IMG/VR virus record: IMGVR_UViG_3300045988_154248
Reading direction: 5' to 3' (one strand)
Origin: a virus
Length of the DNA stretch: 64,000 nucleotides
Below, in pieces: positions 18,082-26,343 of this stretch. How positions within the stretch are numbered: position 1 is the first letter of the stretch; every line of letters starts with the position of its first letter. A model generated the notes under the pieces. It was not told the DNA's origin, made no database searches, and saw only the letters and a list, made by a program, of their open reading frames with translations. The position numbers and the translations under genes are program-made.

Positions 18082-18384
18082 TTGGGTTATGTTATCAAAA
18101 AAATCTAATATCTTCGTTTTTTCATAATACTGTTTCCAGTTACCGCTTAAAGTTACGCCTATACAAGTACACGGATCTGTATTATGACTTTTCGGTATCT
18201 GAAAAACGGCAATACATTCATCGTCAGTAACAGTCATATCCGAAAATATCAACTTTTCTAAGCTACATTTTGTTGCGCAGTTTTCTTTTACACCTGTACA
18301 AATTCTGTCATACTCCGACTTACACTCATCAAAAGATTTTCCTTTAATCACAACAGAATGATTTAAAACTTTAATTTCTGTCAT
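18079..18384 (-). CDS. hypothetical Cys-rich protein
   Basis: 101-aa ORF. Confidence 0.6.
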   Translation of the reverse strand: MTEIKVLNHSVVIKGKSFDECKSEYDRICTGVKENCATKCSLEKLIFSDMTVTDDECIAVFQIPKSHNTDPCTCIGVTLSGNWKQYYEKTKILDFFDNITQ

Positions 18385-18420
18385 ACAATTATACCTTTCC
18401 TATGAAACACGTATTTCTAA

Positions 18421-18951
18421 CTACTTGCTAATATAAATTCTTACTGAGTTTTCGTCATCAAATGCCTTTATGACATCATCTTCCGTTTCTAAGAATGTAT
18501 AATTGATTCTGTATCTAATTCTTGCATTACTATAAAGTTTCTTGTAGAAATAATCGTCAAACTCCTTCATTGTCATTTCCGTTGGCTTGTCATTTTCAAA
18601 TACTGTCACACCATCAATTCTATTGAATGACACATATTTTCCAGAATGAATTAACTCATCGTAAGTAACTGACTTTTTCAGCATTCTCAACAAGTGCATT
18701 CCATAATCATAATAATTACAATATCTACTTCCGATTTTCAAGTCAAAGCCCTCTGATTCTTTGGATGGTTTACTATCATTTTTGAATCCTTCTGCAAACT
18801 TGATAAAATCTTCTTTTGTATAAATTTTCCCTTGCCAATCATCGTTTTTTCTGCCTTCATTGTCATTGTTACAACCTTGTAAACTCAGATGTAAAATTCT
18901 CCCATCTGATAAGTTCACAATTTTTGTTTTAAAGATAATACCATATCCCAT
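18421..18951 (-). CDS. hypothetical protein
   Basis: 176-aa ORF. Confidence 0.65.
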   Translation of the reverse strand: MGYGIIFKTKIVNLSDGRILHLSLQGCNNDNEGRKNDDWQGKIYTKEDFIKFAEGFKNDSKPSKESEGFDLKIGSRYCNYYDYGMHLLRMLKKSVTYDELIHSGKYVSFNRIDGVTVFENDKPTEMTMKEFDDYFYKKLYSNARIRYRINYTFLETEDDVIKAFDDENSVRIYISK

Positions 18952-19015
18952 ATAATCACCATTTGTCTTTCTGATCTTCCTATGAAATGTTGCTTTCTTA
19001 CACTAAGCTATAATT

Positions 19016-19243
19016 TTAGTAACTTTTAATTGAGCCATCTGCGTTTACATGCCATTTTTCAGATGGTCTAAAGTTCTTTCCGTTGTTGATATGCAAAATC
19101 CATATGTCACCCTTCGGACAAAACCAATTAGCATGTTCCATCCGATGCTCCATACATTCTTCAAAAGAAGAAAATATATCTACAACTTCACCGCTTCTTT
19201 CGCTTGTTTCAACATATATTGCATAAAAATCAAACTTAACCAT
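19016..19243 (-). CDS. hypothetical protein
   Basis: ORF track gives 19016..19297. ATG at 19243 (MVKFDFYA) follows GGGAG. Confidence 0.55.
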   Translation of the reverse strand: MVKFDFYAIYVETSERSGEVVDIFSSFEECMEHRMEHANWFCPKGDIWILHINNGKNFRPSEKWHVNADGSIKSY

Positions 19244-19255
19244 TATTCTCCCTTC

Positions 19256-19271
19256 TGAAATTTCTCTTTCA
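19256..19271 (-). promoter_or_regulatory. intercistronic element TGAAA-N6-TTTCA (copy 8)
   Basis: Sequence TGAAATTTCTCTTTCA, immediately 5' of the SD of 19016..19243. Confidence 0.5.
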
Positions 19272-19334
19272 TCCGATGAATCCATAGAAATAACCAAAAA
19301 CTTTTTCTGGTTTATGAATAGTTACTGTGCTACA

Positions 19335-19517
19335 TTAACCATGTTTTATTACCTCAGTTTCAATTTCATTCCCATCATCATCTTCCAGCCAATATTTCAA
19401 ACCGAGATAATCTGTATCCTGTAAATTTTTCACTAACATTTTCGCTTTCGGTAAGGAAACAGTTGGCTTTAATTTTCTGGCTTGTGTTTCTACACCATTA
19501 CTTGCTACAATGTACAC
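19335..19517 (-). CDS. hypothetical protein
   Basis: 60-aa ORF with a GTG start after GGAGG. Confidence 0.45.
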   Translation of the reverse strand: MYIVASNGVETQARKLKPTVSLPKAKMLVKNLQDTDYLGLKYWLEDDDGNEIETEVIKHG

Positions 19518-19699
19518 ATTCCCTTGCCTCCTTCTCTTACAGATTTTCTTGTTGCAAATAATCGACCGTCAAGACTCATATATACATCAACCATTGTATT
19601 TTTTGTTCTTACATACAAGACGGTCATATGCCGCAAAGCGTCTTTCTGTACATATAGTACGGGTTCGTACCGATCAAAGATTTTTATCCAAATCACCAT
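19505..19699 (-). CDS. hypothetical protein
   Basis: 64-aa ORF. Confidence 0.45.
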   Translation of the reverse strand: MVIWIKIFDRYEPVLYVQKDALRHMTVLYVRTKNTMVDVYMSLDGRLFATRKSVREGGKGMCTL

Positions 19700-19995
19700 A
19701 AAATCGCTTTCCTTTCTGTGATTACTAACAGCCCAAATAAAATGAACGTTACCCCTAACGGCCAGGTATCGCTTGCATATCTAATAAGTAGATACCCAAC
19801 GCCCATAAGCATCACGCAAAAGATTTTTTGTGCTATAAGTTTTTTACGCTGCCGTTCTCTTTTGCGTTTGGCTTTCGCTTTCTGGATTTCCATTTGCCGT
19901 TGTTCTTCAATATGCTGACGGTATTTTTCGTAGTTGGTAATATCAATTATGTTGTAATGATCTGGATCAAATACAGCACATTGTTGCGTTCTCAA
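19693..19995 (-). CDS. membrane protein with charged KR-rich helix and two C-terminal hydrophobic segments
   Basis: 100-aa ORF containing ...AKAKRKRERQRKKLIAQKIFCVMLMGVGYLLI...LGVTFILFGLLVI. Confidence 0.55.
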   Translation of the reverse strand: MRTQQCAVFDPDHYNIIDITNYEKYRQHIEEQRQMEIQKAKAKRKRERQRKKLIAQKIFCVMLMGVGYLLIRYASDTWPLGVTFILFGLLVITERKAILW

Positions 19996-20236
19996 TTCTT
20001 TTCGCTCCTTTCACTTTTTTATTCGACATAAGGTTATTCTCTTTAATCAGTCTTGCTTTTACTTCTCTGTTCAGCCGTGTGTTTACTTCAATTCTCTTGT
20101 GAGTTACACGGTTTAAATAATGTAAGTGTGATCCAGTACCATCTCTTCCGTTTACTCTTGTTTCTCTGAATCCATTAGGAAATAAATATTCCCTTTCAAA
20201 ATCCAGAACTTCCTTTGGCTTTCGTCGTCTCGACAT
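19967..20236 (-). CDS. HicA-like (YcfA family-like) small basic protein, tentative
   Basis: GTGSHLHYLNRVTHKRIEVNTRLNREVKARLIKE resembles the HicA GSH...K..IL core. The similarity was judged by eye only. Confidence 0.4.
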   Translation of the reverse strand: MSRRRKPKEVLDFEREYLFPNGFRETRVNGRDGTGSHLHYLNRVTHKRIEVNTRLNREVKARLIKENNLMSNKKVKGAKRIENATMCCI

Positions 20237-20637
20237 TATTCATCACCTCTTTTTAATAATCCGAAAAATTCTAATTCTGCATCATCCATAGCACATTCAT
20301 TCATGAAATATTCATACTGTTCTTCGTCTGTCATATTACATTCTTCCAGAAGAGTATCTTTCCATTGCGTTGCAAGTTCTTCCAGGCGTGAACGTGGAAT
20401 GTATGTAATTTCCGTTCTAGCACGAAATGAATCAATCGCATTCTGCATAACCAGATATTCTTCTCTACCATATTTTCCATACATCCATGAGCAGACAGTG
20501 TAAGCCCAACTTCCATCAGCACAGATGTCAGATACGATCTTGTACTCTTCTGTACTTTCCATTTTGATGAGTGCGTACTCTTTCTTTTGGGCAATGATTT
20601 CATAATCAAAGCCAGCTGGATTATGTCGTTTTTCCAT
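20236..20637 (-). CDS. hypothetical protein
   Basis: 133-aa ORF with a 1-nt overlap with the next gene. Confidence 0.6.
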   Translation of the reverse strand: MEKRHNPAGFDYEIIAQKKEYALIKMESTEEYKIVSDICADGSWAYTVCSWMYGKYGREEYLVMQNAIDSFRARTEITYIPRSRLEELATQWKDTLLEECNMTDEEQYEYFMNECAMDDAELEFFGLLKRGDE

Positions 20638-20715
20638 TTTATTTTCCTCTCTTTCTTGTGATTTAAGTAATCACATTGGAACGGACAAGTTTCCTTATCC
20701 GCTCTGTCTAACTAC

Positions 20716-20805
20716 TTAATTTTCACTTTCGCTTTCGGACAGATATTCTTCTAATCCTGCATATTCATCATCCGAAAGCAGATTCCGTAAATCATCCATT
20801 GACAT
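20716..20805 (-). CDS. very small acidic peptide (29 aa)
   Basis: MSMDDLRNLLSDDEYAGLEEYLSESESEN. GGAGAATAA lies 5 nt upstream. Confidence 0.3.
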   Translation of the reverse strand: MSMDDLRNLLSDDEYAGLEEYLSESESEN

Positions 20806-20839
20806 AATCGTTATTCTCCTTTCTCGTTTGCGTTTTTGA

Positions 20840-20881
20840 GTGAAAGAAAACACCATCAGTTAGCTAGGCTGACGGTGTTTC
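20840..20881 (-). terminator. intrinsic terminator
   Basis: Long stem AAACACCGTCAG...CTGATGGTGTTT followed by UCUUUC on the minus strand. Lies downstream of 20985..22100. Confidence 0.55.
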
Positions 20882-20933
20882 TTCCTATATATATGTGGAG
20901 GGATAAGGTGGTGCTTTCTTATTCCGAACTCCC

Positions 20934-20984
20934 TATGTAAAATATGTATATGTATTGCTTGCTATGTATTATGTAAGATATGTA
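20934..20984. repeat. array of six TATGTA hexamers
   Basis: TATGTA at 20934, 20943, 20949, 20963, 20970 and 20979, abutting the stop codon of the HTH-ParB gene. Confidence 0.6.
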
Positions 20985-22100
20985 TTATTTATTGACTTCG
21001 CTTTCCAGAATGTCAAACAACTGTGCATTACTCTTAACAGGAAATACCTTACTTTCGTAGAAAGCTGCTCCGCTACAATGTTTCTTCAAAAGATTTAATG
21101 TTTCCGTTCCGTGAATGCTTTCCATCTTCAGAAGAACATTGATATTTCGCTGTGTGAATGCATTCTTTTCTGTAGATCCGCACCAATTCAATTCTTTAAT
21201 CATAACGATTGCATGTTTAAGCGATTCAGGTCTGCGCTTTGCCATTCTTAACAGATTCATGGTTGGTGTAACTTTCCCAATAGGATTTTCTTTCCGATTC
21301 AGGTCAGCCGAGATCTGGATGTTGTATGCATCGAAAATCATTTTGAAATTAATATAATCTTCTTCGTTCGCTTCAATACCAGCTCTATACATATCACTAA
21401 CCGACATAGGTTTCCTTCCTGCCTGCTGTCCTAAGAAAACTAATACGGCCTCACACATTGTTTTACAATCAATAATCTCAACCAGAATTTTTAATTTTTC
21501 TGCTTTTCCTAACAGATTGTTTTTCATAATGAATGCAGCTAATCTATGTGCGCCATCGGCTACATATAATTTTCCATCAATAAGGAACACTTTGATCGGA
21601 TCGAATTTCGATTCATTGAAATTTTCTTCAATCTCTTTTGCCTTTACCATGTCCGTACTTCTCTGCCAGTCTGGAATATGTACAAACAGTGGGTTGATTG
21701 TTATATATTTTTTATTTCCTACTGTCAAAGGATACCGTAATGCATTGCTTACTTCCGATGTTTCCATTTCTGCATCAAAATCCCTCTGTTCATTAATCCA
21801 ATTTTCGAAATCGACTGATGTCATATAATGCCGAAATCCTTTTGCTCTTCTATATTTTTCATATGTCTTTCCCATCGAATCTGAAAAGCTGTATCCTACA
21901 TCATGAATTTCGATGTCATCTTTATTAATTTTCAGGATAAAGCACAGCTTTTTCACTTTTCCTTCCGATGGGTTACTTTTGCCTGTTTCATAATTGGAAA
22001 TTGTGTTTTCAGTCACACCGAGTTCTTTTGCAAGTGCTTTCTGTGACATGCCGGCTTTCTCTCTCATCTCTGTTAATTTTACTCCATTGATTTTACACAT
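20985..22100 (-). CDS. XRE-type HTH fused to ParB/Srx-like (ParB N-terminal nuclease/NTPase) domain
   Basis: N-terminal MSQKALAKELGVTENTISNYETGKSNP is an HTH. The central region IKVFLIDGKLYVADGAHRLAAF carries the DGxHR ParB-fold motif. Confidence 0.8.
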   Translation of the reverse strand: MCKINGVKLTEMREKAGMSQKALAKELGVTENTISNYETGKSNPSEGKVKKLCFILKINKDDIEIHDVGYSFSDSMGKTYEKYRRAKGFRHYMTSVDFENWINEQRDFDAEMETSEVSNALRYPLTVGNKKYITINPLFVHIPDWQRSTDMVKAKEIEENFNESKFDPIKVFLIDGKLYVADGAHRLAAFIMKNNLLGKAEKLKILVEIIDCKTMCEAVLVFLGQQAGRKPMSVSDMYRAGIEANEEDYINFKMIFDAYNIQISADLNRKENPIGKVTPTMNLLRMAKRRPESLKHAIVMIKELNWCGSTEKNAFTQRNINVLLKMESIHGTETLNLLKKHCSGAAFYESKVFPVKSNAQLFDILESEVNK

Positions 22101-22203
22101 AATTTTTATCTCCTTTTTCTATGTTTTATTATTTTGAATTTCCCTTTGATTTTGAGCATAAAAATAACAGGTATATTTCAACCTGCTTTTCTATGCTCTG
22201 TGT

Positions 22204-22521
22204 TCAGTTTTCGAAACCACATAATGTATATGGTTCTAGCGTACATACCATATAACAATATATAGCATTATCATATAGTATGTCATCTTCGGCAATTCGC
22301 TTCCAATTTTCAAGCGTTGCCTTTTCATTTTCTCTTAGTCCTCCTCCGTATTCTTTCCAGATCGTATCACGACTTGCAATGTTTAGTTCTGCTAATCTAC
22401 GATCCATTTGCCTTAAAGATTCTATACGACGGTTTAGTGACCATGATTCTATTTTGCGTTGCGGAATGTAATCACCTTCTTTCTGTGGTTTTGCCTTACC
22501 GAATTTTGTAAAGAATTTCAT
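22204..22521 (-). CDS. hypothetical protein
   Basis: 105-aa ORF. Confidence 0.55.
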   Translation of the reverse strand: MKFFTKFGKAKPQKEGDYIPQRKIESWSLNRRIESLRQMDRRLAELNIASRDTIWKEYGGGLRENEKATLENWKRIAEDDILYDNAIYCYMVCTLEPYTLCGFEN

Positions 22522-22990
22522 CCCAACCAGGAAGAAGAAATTCTGTCAGCCGATTATTGTTCATCATCGCATCGAATCCGATTTTTGTTACAATATCAAC
22601 AATTTCTTTTTTAGTAAGGATAAATTCTGGCGTTGTCTTTTTAATAGTTCTTACACAGATTTCCGCAAGTTCCCTTCCTGCTTCTTTCTGTTCATAAAAT
22701 GCATGACGGCTGATGTCATGAAACAGATCGTCTAATATTTCCTTTACCTTCTGAAGAGTAATATATTCTTCATGCAGTTTTTTGTATTTTCGTACAGACT
22801 CGTTGAATTTCCGTTCTTCCGCCAGCTTGTTGCAATACTGGACTGCTGCCGCGAACTCTGCGTCTGTCATATCACAGGTAAAGATGATAACTTCCGGTTT
22901 CTCTTTTGCTTCAAAGTCGATTCCTGACAATGCAAGATAAGAATAAAAGCTTGCACTATTTGCCACTTTGATTTCAAATACTTTTCTCAT
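22496..22990 (-). CDS. hypothetical protein
   Basis: 164-aa ORF. Confidence 0.6.
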   Translation of the reverse strand: MRKVFEIKVANSASFYSYLALSGIDFEAKEKPEVIIFTCDMTDAEFAAAVQYCNKLAEERKFNESVRKYKKLHEEYITLQKVKEILDDLFHDISRHAFYEQKEAGRELAEICVRTIKKTTPEFILTKKEIVDIVTKIGFDAMMNNNRLTEFLLPGWDEILYKIR

Positions 22991-23073
22991 GATTTTTAAT
23001 TTCCTTTCTTAATTAATTTGATTATGTATATATTATGCATAATTATAAGTGCATAACTTATAATTCATAGTTC

Positions 23074-23247
23074 TTAGTGCGGCGAAATGATCCAGTTTCC
23101 GTTGTTCGCTTCGCCAAAAGCTACGACATAAGTAAGACATAAAGCTCCCGGAACTAGATACCAAAGACTGCTTTCTGAACTGAGCAAGAACCAGATTGCT
23201 CCGATCCATGCCAGGATATAACTTACTTTTAATAATTTGTCTCTCAT
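23074..23247 (-). CDS. small two-helix membrane protein (57 aa)
   Basis: Hand-translated as MRDKLLKVSYILAWIGAIWFLLSSESSLWYLVPGALCLTYVVAFGEANNGNWIISPH. AAGGAG lies upstream and there is an ATGA overlap. Preferred over the Arg-rich ORF 23033..23293. Confidence 0.45.
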   Translation of the reverse strand: MRDKLLKVSYILAWIGAIWFLLSSESSLWYLVPGALCLTYVVAFGEANNGNWIISPH

Positions 23248-23624
23248 TCCTTTTTCTCCTTTGCCTTTTTGTTTTTTCTCTGGAAATAATCAAGCGGAAG
23301 CGGAATATCTTCTTTACCTTCTTCTTGAAAGAATTTAAATTCTCTTCCTTTCCATCTTCCGGTGATAGAAAGAATCAGTCTTTCCGTTCCGTCAAGCCAA
23401 TGACCTGCACCCAGGCTATAATAGTTCTTATCATTCGGAAGCATGAACAGAATGACTACTTCATCATCCCAGTCAAGCGGGATTTCATAGATTTCTGCAT
23501 TCTGTGGAATGTTTACGAGATTCATAAGTTCCCTTGCAAGTTTCGATTTATTTAAGGATCTGCAATCAGTTGCTTCTATGTTACAAATTTCCTTTACAAG
23601 TGGCATAAACTTTTCTGGTTTCAT
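23244..23624 (-). CDS. hypothetical protein
   Basis: 126-aa ORF. Confidence 0.6.
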   Translation of the reverse strand: MKPEKFMPLVKEICNIEATDCRSLNKSKLARELMNLVNIPQNAEIYEIPLDWDDEVVILFMLPNDKNYYSLGAGHWLDGTERLILSITGRWKGREFKFFQEEGKEDIPLPLDYFQRKNKKAKEKKE

Positions 23625-23659
23625 TTTTTGGTTTCCTTTCTGTGTAGTTTCTTTTTTCT

Positions 23660-24052
23660 TTATTCTCCGAACACCTGATAGATTGTTCCATCTTTGGTGT
23701 AAATCCGAATTTTGCCTTCTGCCTTTTCTACGTCGGTGATGTCGTCCAACGCAACGTATGCCTTGTTAAAATCGTACTCGTCGGCTGATTTATAAGAGTA
23801 GAACTCATAACCGTCGGAAGTCATAAGAGACAGTTCTTCTCCGTTTGTATTCCAGTCTACAATGTCACAGACGAACGCATCGGCGTAGCTGTAGTCCTGT
23901 TCCTGGCTGTAATCGAGCTTCTGAGTTTCGCTTGTGATTTCCGTTGCGGAGTTCTGCCGTGATTCTGATGCTGTTTTGGTGGTTTTGTAAGCAGAGATTC
24001 CGGAAAAGATGGTGGTAAGGGTGAGAAGTGTTACTGTTATTTTTTTGAACAT
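23660..24052 (-). CDS. secreted or membrane-anchored protein with N-terminal signal peptide
   Basis: MFKKITVTLLTLTTIFSGISAYK has the pattern of a hydrophobic h-region. Lies within the GC-enriched block. Confidence 0.6.
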   Translation of the reverse strand: MFKKITVTLLTLTTIFSGISAYKTTKTASESRQNSATEITSETQKLDYSQEQDYSYADAFVCDIVDWNTNGEELSLMTSDGYEFYSYKSADEYDFNKAYVALDDITDVEKAEGKIRIYTKDGTIYQVFGE

Positions 24053-24165
24053 AGTAGTTCCTCCTTATTTTGAGTTTGCCTTGTGAAATTGAAAACTTTT
24101 GCATCAAAAAAAGACATTCTTGCTTTGCATTGCAAAAACGCCTTTTTCGGTTCTGTTATTTTGTT

Positions 24166-24402
24166 TTACAAATAGAATGTAACTTCTACTTGTGTAGGAA
24201 TCCCGAATGCAATTACATTACATACACGAGTTTCCATTGTGTTATCTTCCAGATATTTCCGTTGTTGGATTCTGGAATCATACATTCCTGTCAGTTTCCG
24301 CAAAGTATCTTCTACGTTTTCCGGTATGAACTGTTCCGCAATTTCTCTGTGACGCCGTGAAAATTTTGTCATCGGAATACAAGTAATATCATTTCTTTTC
24401 AT
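24166..24402 (-). CDS. hypothetical protein
   Basis: 78-aa ORF. Confidence 0.5.
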   Translation of the reverse strand: MKRNDITCIPMTKFSRRHREIAEQFIPENVEDTLRKLTGMYDSRIQQRKYLEDNTMETRVCNVIAFGIPTQVEVTFYL

Positions 24403-24631
24403 TTGTGTTTCCTCCTAAGATCATTCTTGATGCTTTCAGCGCATTGTTTGCCTTGAAATTTCCAGTTTTGATAAACACAGATAATAAAGCAGGTGCTAAT
24501 TCTTCTACTAATTCTGTAGTATATAACATATTACAGATAGCATTGAAAATACCCATGGTTGCCTTGTCATTTTCTAAATGATTGCTTTTAATTGTAACCA
24601 TCATTGCGTTTTCTGCCTGGATTGCGTTCAT
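24389..24631 (-). CDS. hypothetical protein
   Basis: 80-aa ORF. Confidence 0.5.
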   Translation of the reverse strand: MNAIQAENAMMVTIKSNHLENDKATMGIFNAICNMLYTTELVEELAPALLSVFIKTGNFKANNALKASRMILGGNTNEKK

Positions 24632-24670
24632 GTTATTCTACCTCCTGTTTTACCTTTTTACATTCTCTGC

Positions 24671-25204
24671 TTAATAGTCATAACCACAAGATAATGAAAT
24701 CATTGATGCATTACCAGAAAATTCCCAATGAGCATAAGTTGTGTGTTCTTTCCATTCCGGTTCTGACCGTCCAAAATCTCGTGCTTCCATTCCAGGAATT
24801 AATCGCTGCCCAGATCCACCGCCTTTCTTTCTTGTAACCGCGCTTTTCATCATTTTATCGAAATTTTCCGGTTTGCATTCTCTGATTGGGTGAACTGATT
24901 TCGCTTTACTTTCTTTATGAGCTTTCCAGATGCTGCACGCAAGTTTCCGTTCGAACTCATTCTTGCTATAGGTGGCGATTATATCTCGTTCCCATTCGTT
25001 ATAAACCGAATTGAAAGCCCACACATACAAATAAACGCGGTTTCCTTTATAGTTTGGGAACGAGTCACACACGTACCGAACGCCGTCATATTGAGTATAT
25101 ACGGCATTTACTGGGAAAAGTTTTCCCGCCATTCTGAATTGTTTTCTTGCAATGAGATAACGCGTATCTGAGCATTTTTTAAACACTTCTGAAATTTTAC
25201 ACAT
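24671..25204 (-). CDS. hypothetical protein
   Basis: ORF track gives 24671..25234. ATG at 25204 (MCKISEVF) follows GAGGG. Confidence 0.6.
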   Translation of the reverse strand: MCKISEVFKKCSDTRYLIARKQFRMAGKLFPVNAVYTQYDGVRYVCDSFPNYKGNRVYLYVWAFNSVYNEWERDIIATYSKNEFERKLACSIWKAHKESKAKSVHPIRECKPENFDKMMKSAVTRKKGGGSGQRLIPGMEARDFGRSEPEWKEHTTYAHWEFSGNASMISLSCGYDY

Positions 25205-25258
25205 GGTTTTCCCTCTTTTCTTTCTTATTTTCATTGCAAAGCTGGAAATTTAAGTACG

Positions 25259-25285
25259 CAAAAAAGACGTTGCACACACAACGCC
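25259..25285 (-). terminator. intrinsic terminator
   Basis: The minus RNA reads GCGUUG-UGUGUG-CAACGUC followed by UUUUUU. Confidence 0.6.
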
Positions 25286-25323
25286 CATTTTCGGGTATCA
25301 AAAAGCACTTAAAAAAATAAGTG

Positions 25324-25359
25324 TTGAAAATCGCCCGTAACTTTTGACGGTCACGGGCG
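25324..25359 (-). terminator. intrinsic terminator-like hairpin
   Basis: CGCCCGT...ACGGGCG forms a 7-bp stem followed by AUUUUC on the minus strand, just after the stop of 25380..26342. Confidence 0.5.
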
Positions 25360-25379
25360 ATTATATTGCGATTGCGTGG

Positions 25380-26342
25380 TTATTTCTGTTTCTTCTGTTC
25401 AAAAGTCAGATTGCCCTTAATTTCGAACTTTCCACCCTGTTTTTTCAGGACGATTGCTTTTACAAGAACTCGTTCAAATTTCTTGTAGTTCACTGTCTTG
25501 AACAGGAATTTTCCGTTTCCGTCCTGTTCAATGTTGAAACCAGAAACAAGGGTCGCCAGGTTATTTAATTCCGTTGGGGTCATTCTGATGGAACGAGACG
25601 CAAGTACCTTATTCCCGTCCGATTTTGTGACAGAAAACCGCGAAAACAGGTTTTCCATCTCAGCGCGGAATGACAGATAAAGTTTTTTTGTATCTTCCGT
25701 TGTTTCACCTCCTGTTCGTCCTAATTCGTGACGGTAAAGCTGGGCACTCTGTAAAGGTTTTTCAAAAACCTTTTTCCAGTCCGAAACGTTGCCGGACGCA
25801 AGCGAACAGAACAGTTCAAAATGGAGCAGCTGTTTTCCAGTTCCTTTTACCTGGGCAACGTATACCGGAGAAATAATACCGGAAATTTTTTCGCACGCGT
25901 CACGCAACGCGTCACGGCGGTTAGTGAGATCCATTCTCACATCTTCTGCCGTCAGAAGAAACGCGCGGAGCTTTAAATATTCCGTACTTTCTTCCGTATC
26001 CAATTCGAATACATCACGCTTGTTTTCAAGCTCTTTTGCGCGCGCTTCAGACTTTTCAACCGTTTTCAGAAAACTTTCTAACTTGTTTTCTGAAGCGGTT
26101 TTTTCCTGTTCCATACAAGCCGCGAAAACGGCGTTTTTGTAAAGAACCGGAGTGAGAACTACACCGACAAGTGAAAGTTCATTAAAATCGGTATAAGACC
26201 GTGAGATAATCCCGTCCGAAACGAGATCGAAAACAACGCGGTTATAGACAAGCGCGGTTTCATCTACTACAAGACGAGTTCCGGAAACAAGGTTGATAGA
26301 AGCAAGTTCGTTGCGGGTTACTTTCAGAATGTTATACATCAT
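25380..26342 (-). CDS. orphan 320-aa protein, first gene of the leftward arm
   Basis: ORF track gives 25380..26426. ATGATG at 26342 follows AAGGAGG. GC-enriched. No motif recognised. Confidence 0.7.
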   Translation of the reverse strand: MMYNILKVTRNELASINLVSGTRLVVDETALVYNRVVFDLVSDGIISRSYTDFNELSLVGVVLTPVLYKNAVFAACMEQEKTASENKLESFLKTVEKSEARAKELENKRDVFELDTEESTEYLKLRAFLLTAEDVRMDLTNRRDALRDACEKISGIISPVYVAQVKGTGKQLLHFELFCSLASGNVSDWKKVFEKPLQSAQLYRHELGRTGGETTEDTKKLYLSFRAEMENLFSRFSVTKSDGNKVLASRSIRMTPTELNNLATLVSGFNIEQDGNGKFLFKTVNYKKFERVLVKAIVLKKQGGKFEIKGNLTFEQKKQK

Positions 26343-26343
26343 G

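Noticed and set aside
23033-23293. Minus-strand ORF of 86 aa
   Set aside because: It has an Arg/Lys/Ser-rich junk-like sequence that overlaps 23244..23624. A 57-aa two-helix membrane ORF in another frame (23074..23247) has a proper SD and ATGA coupling.
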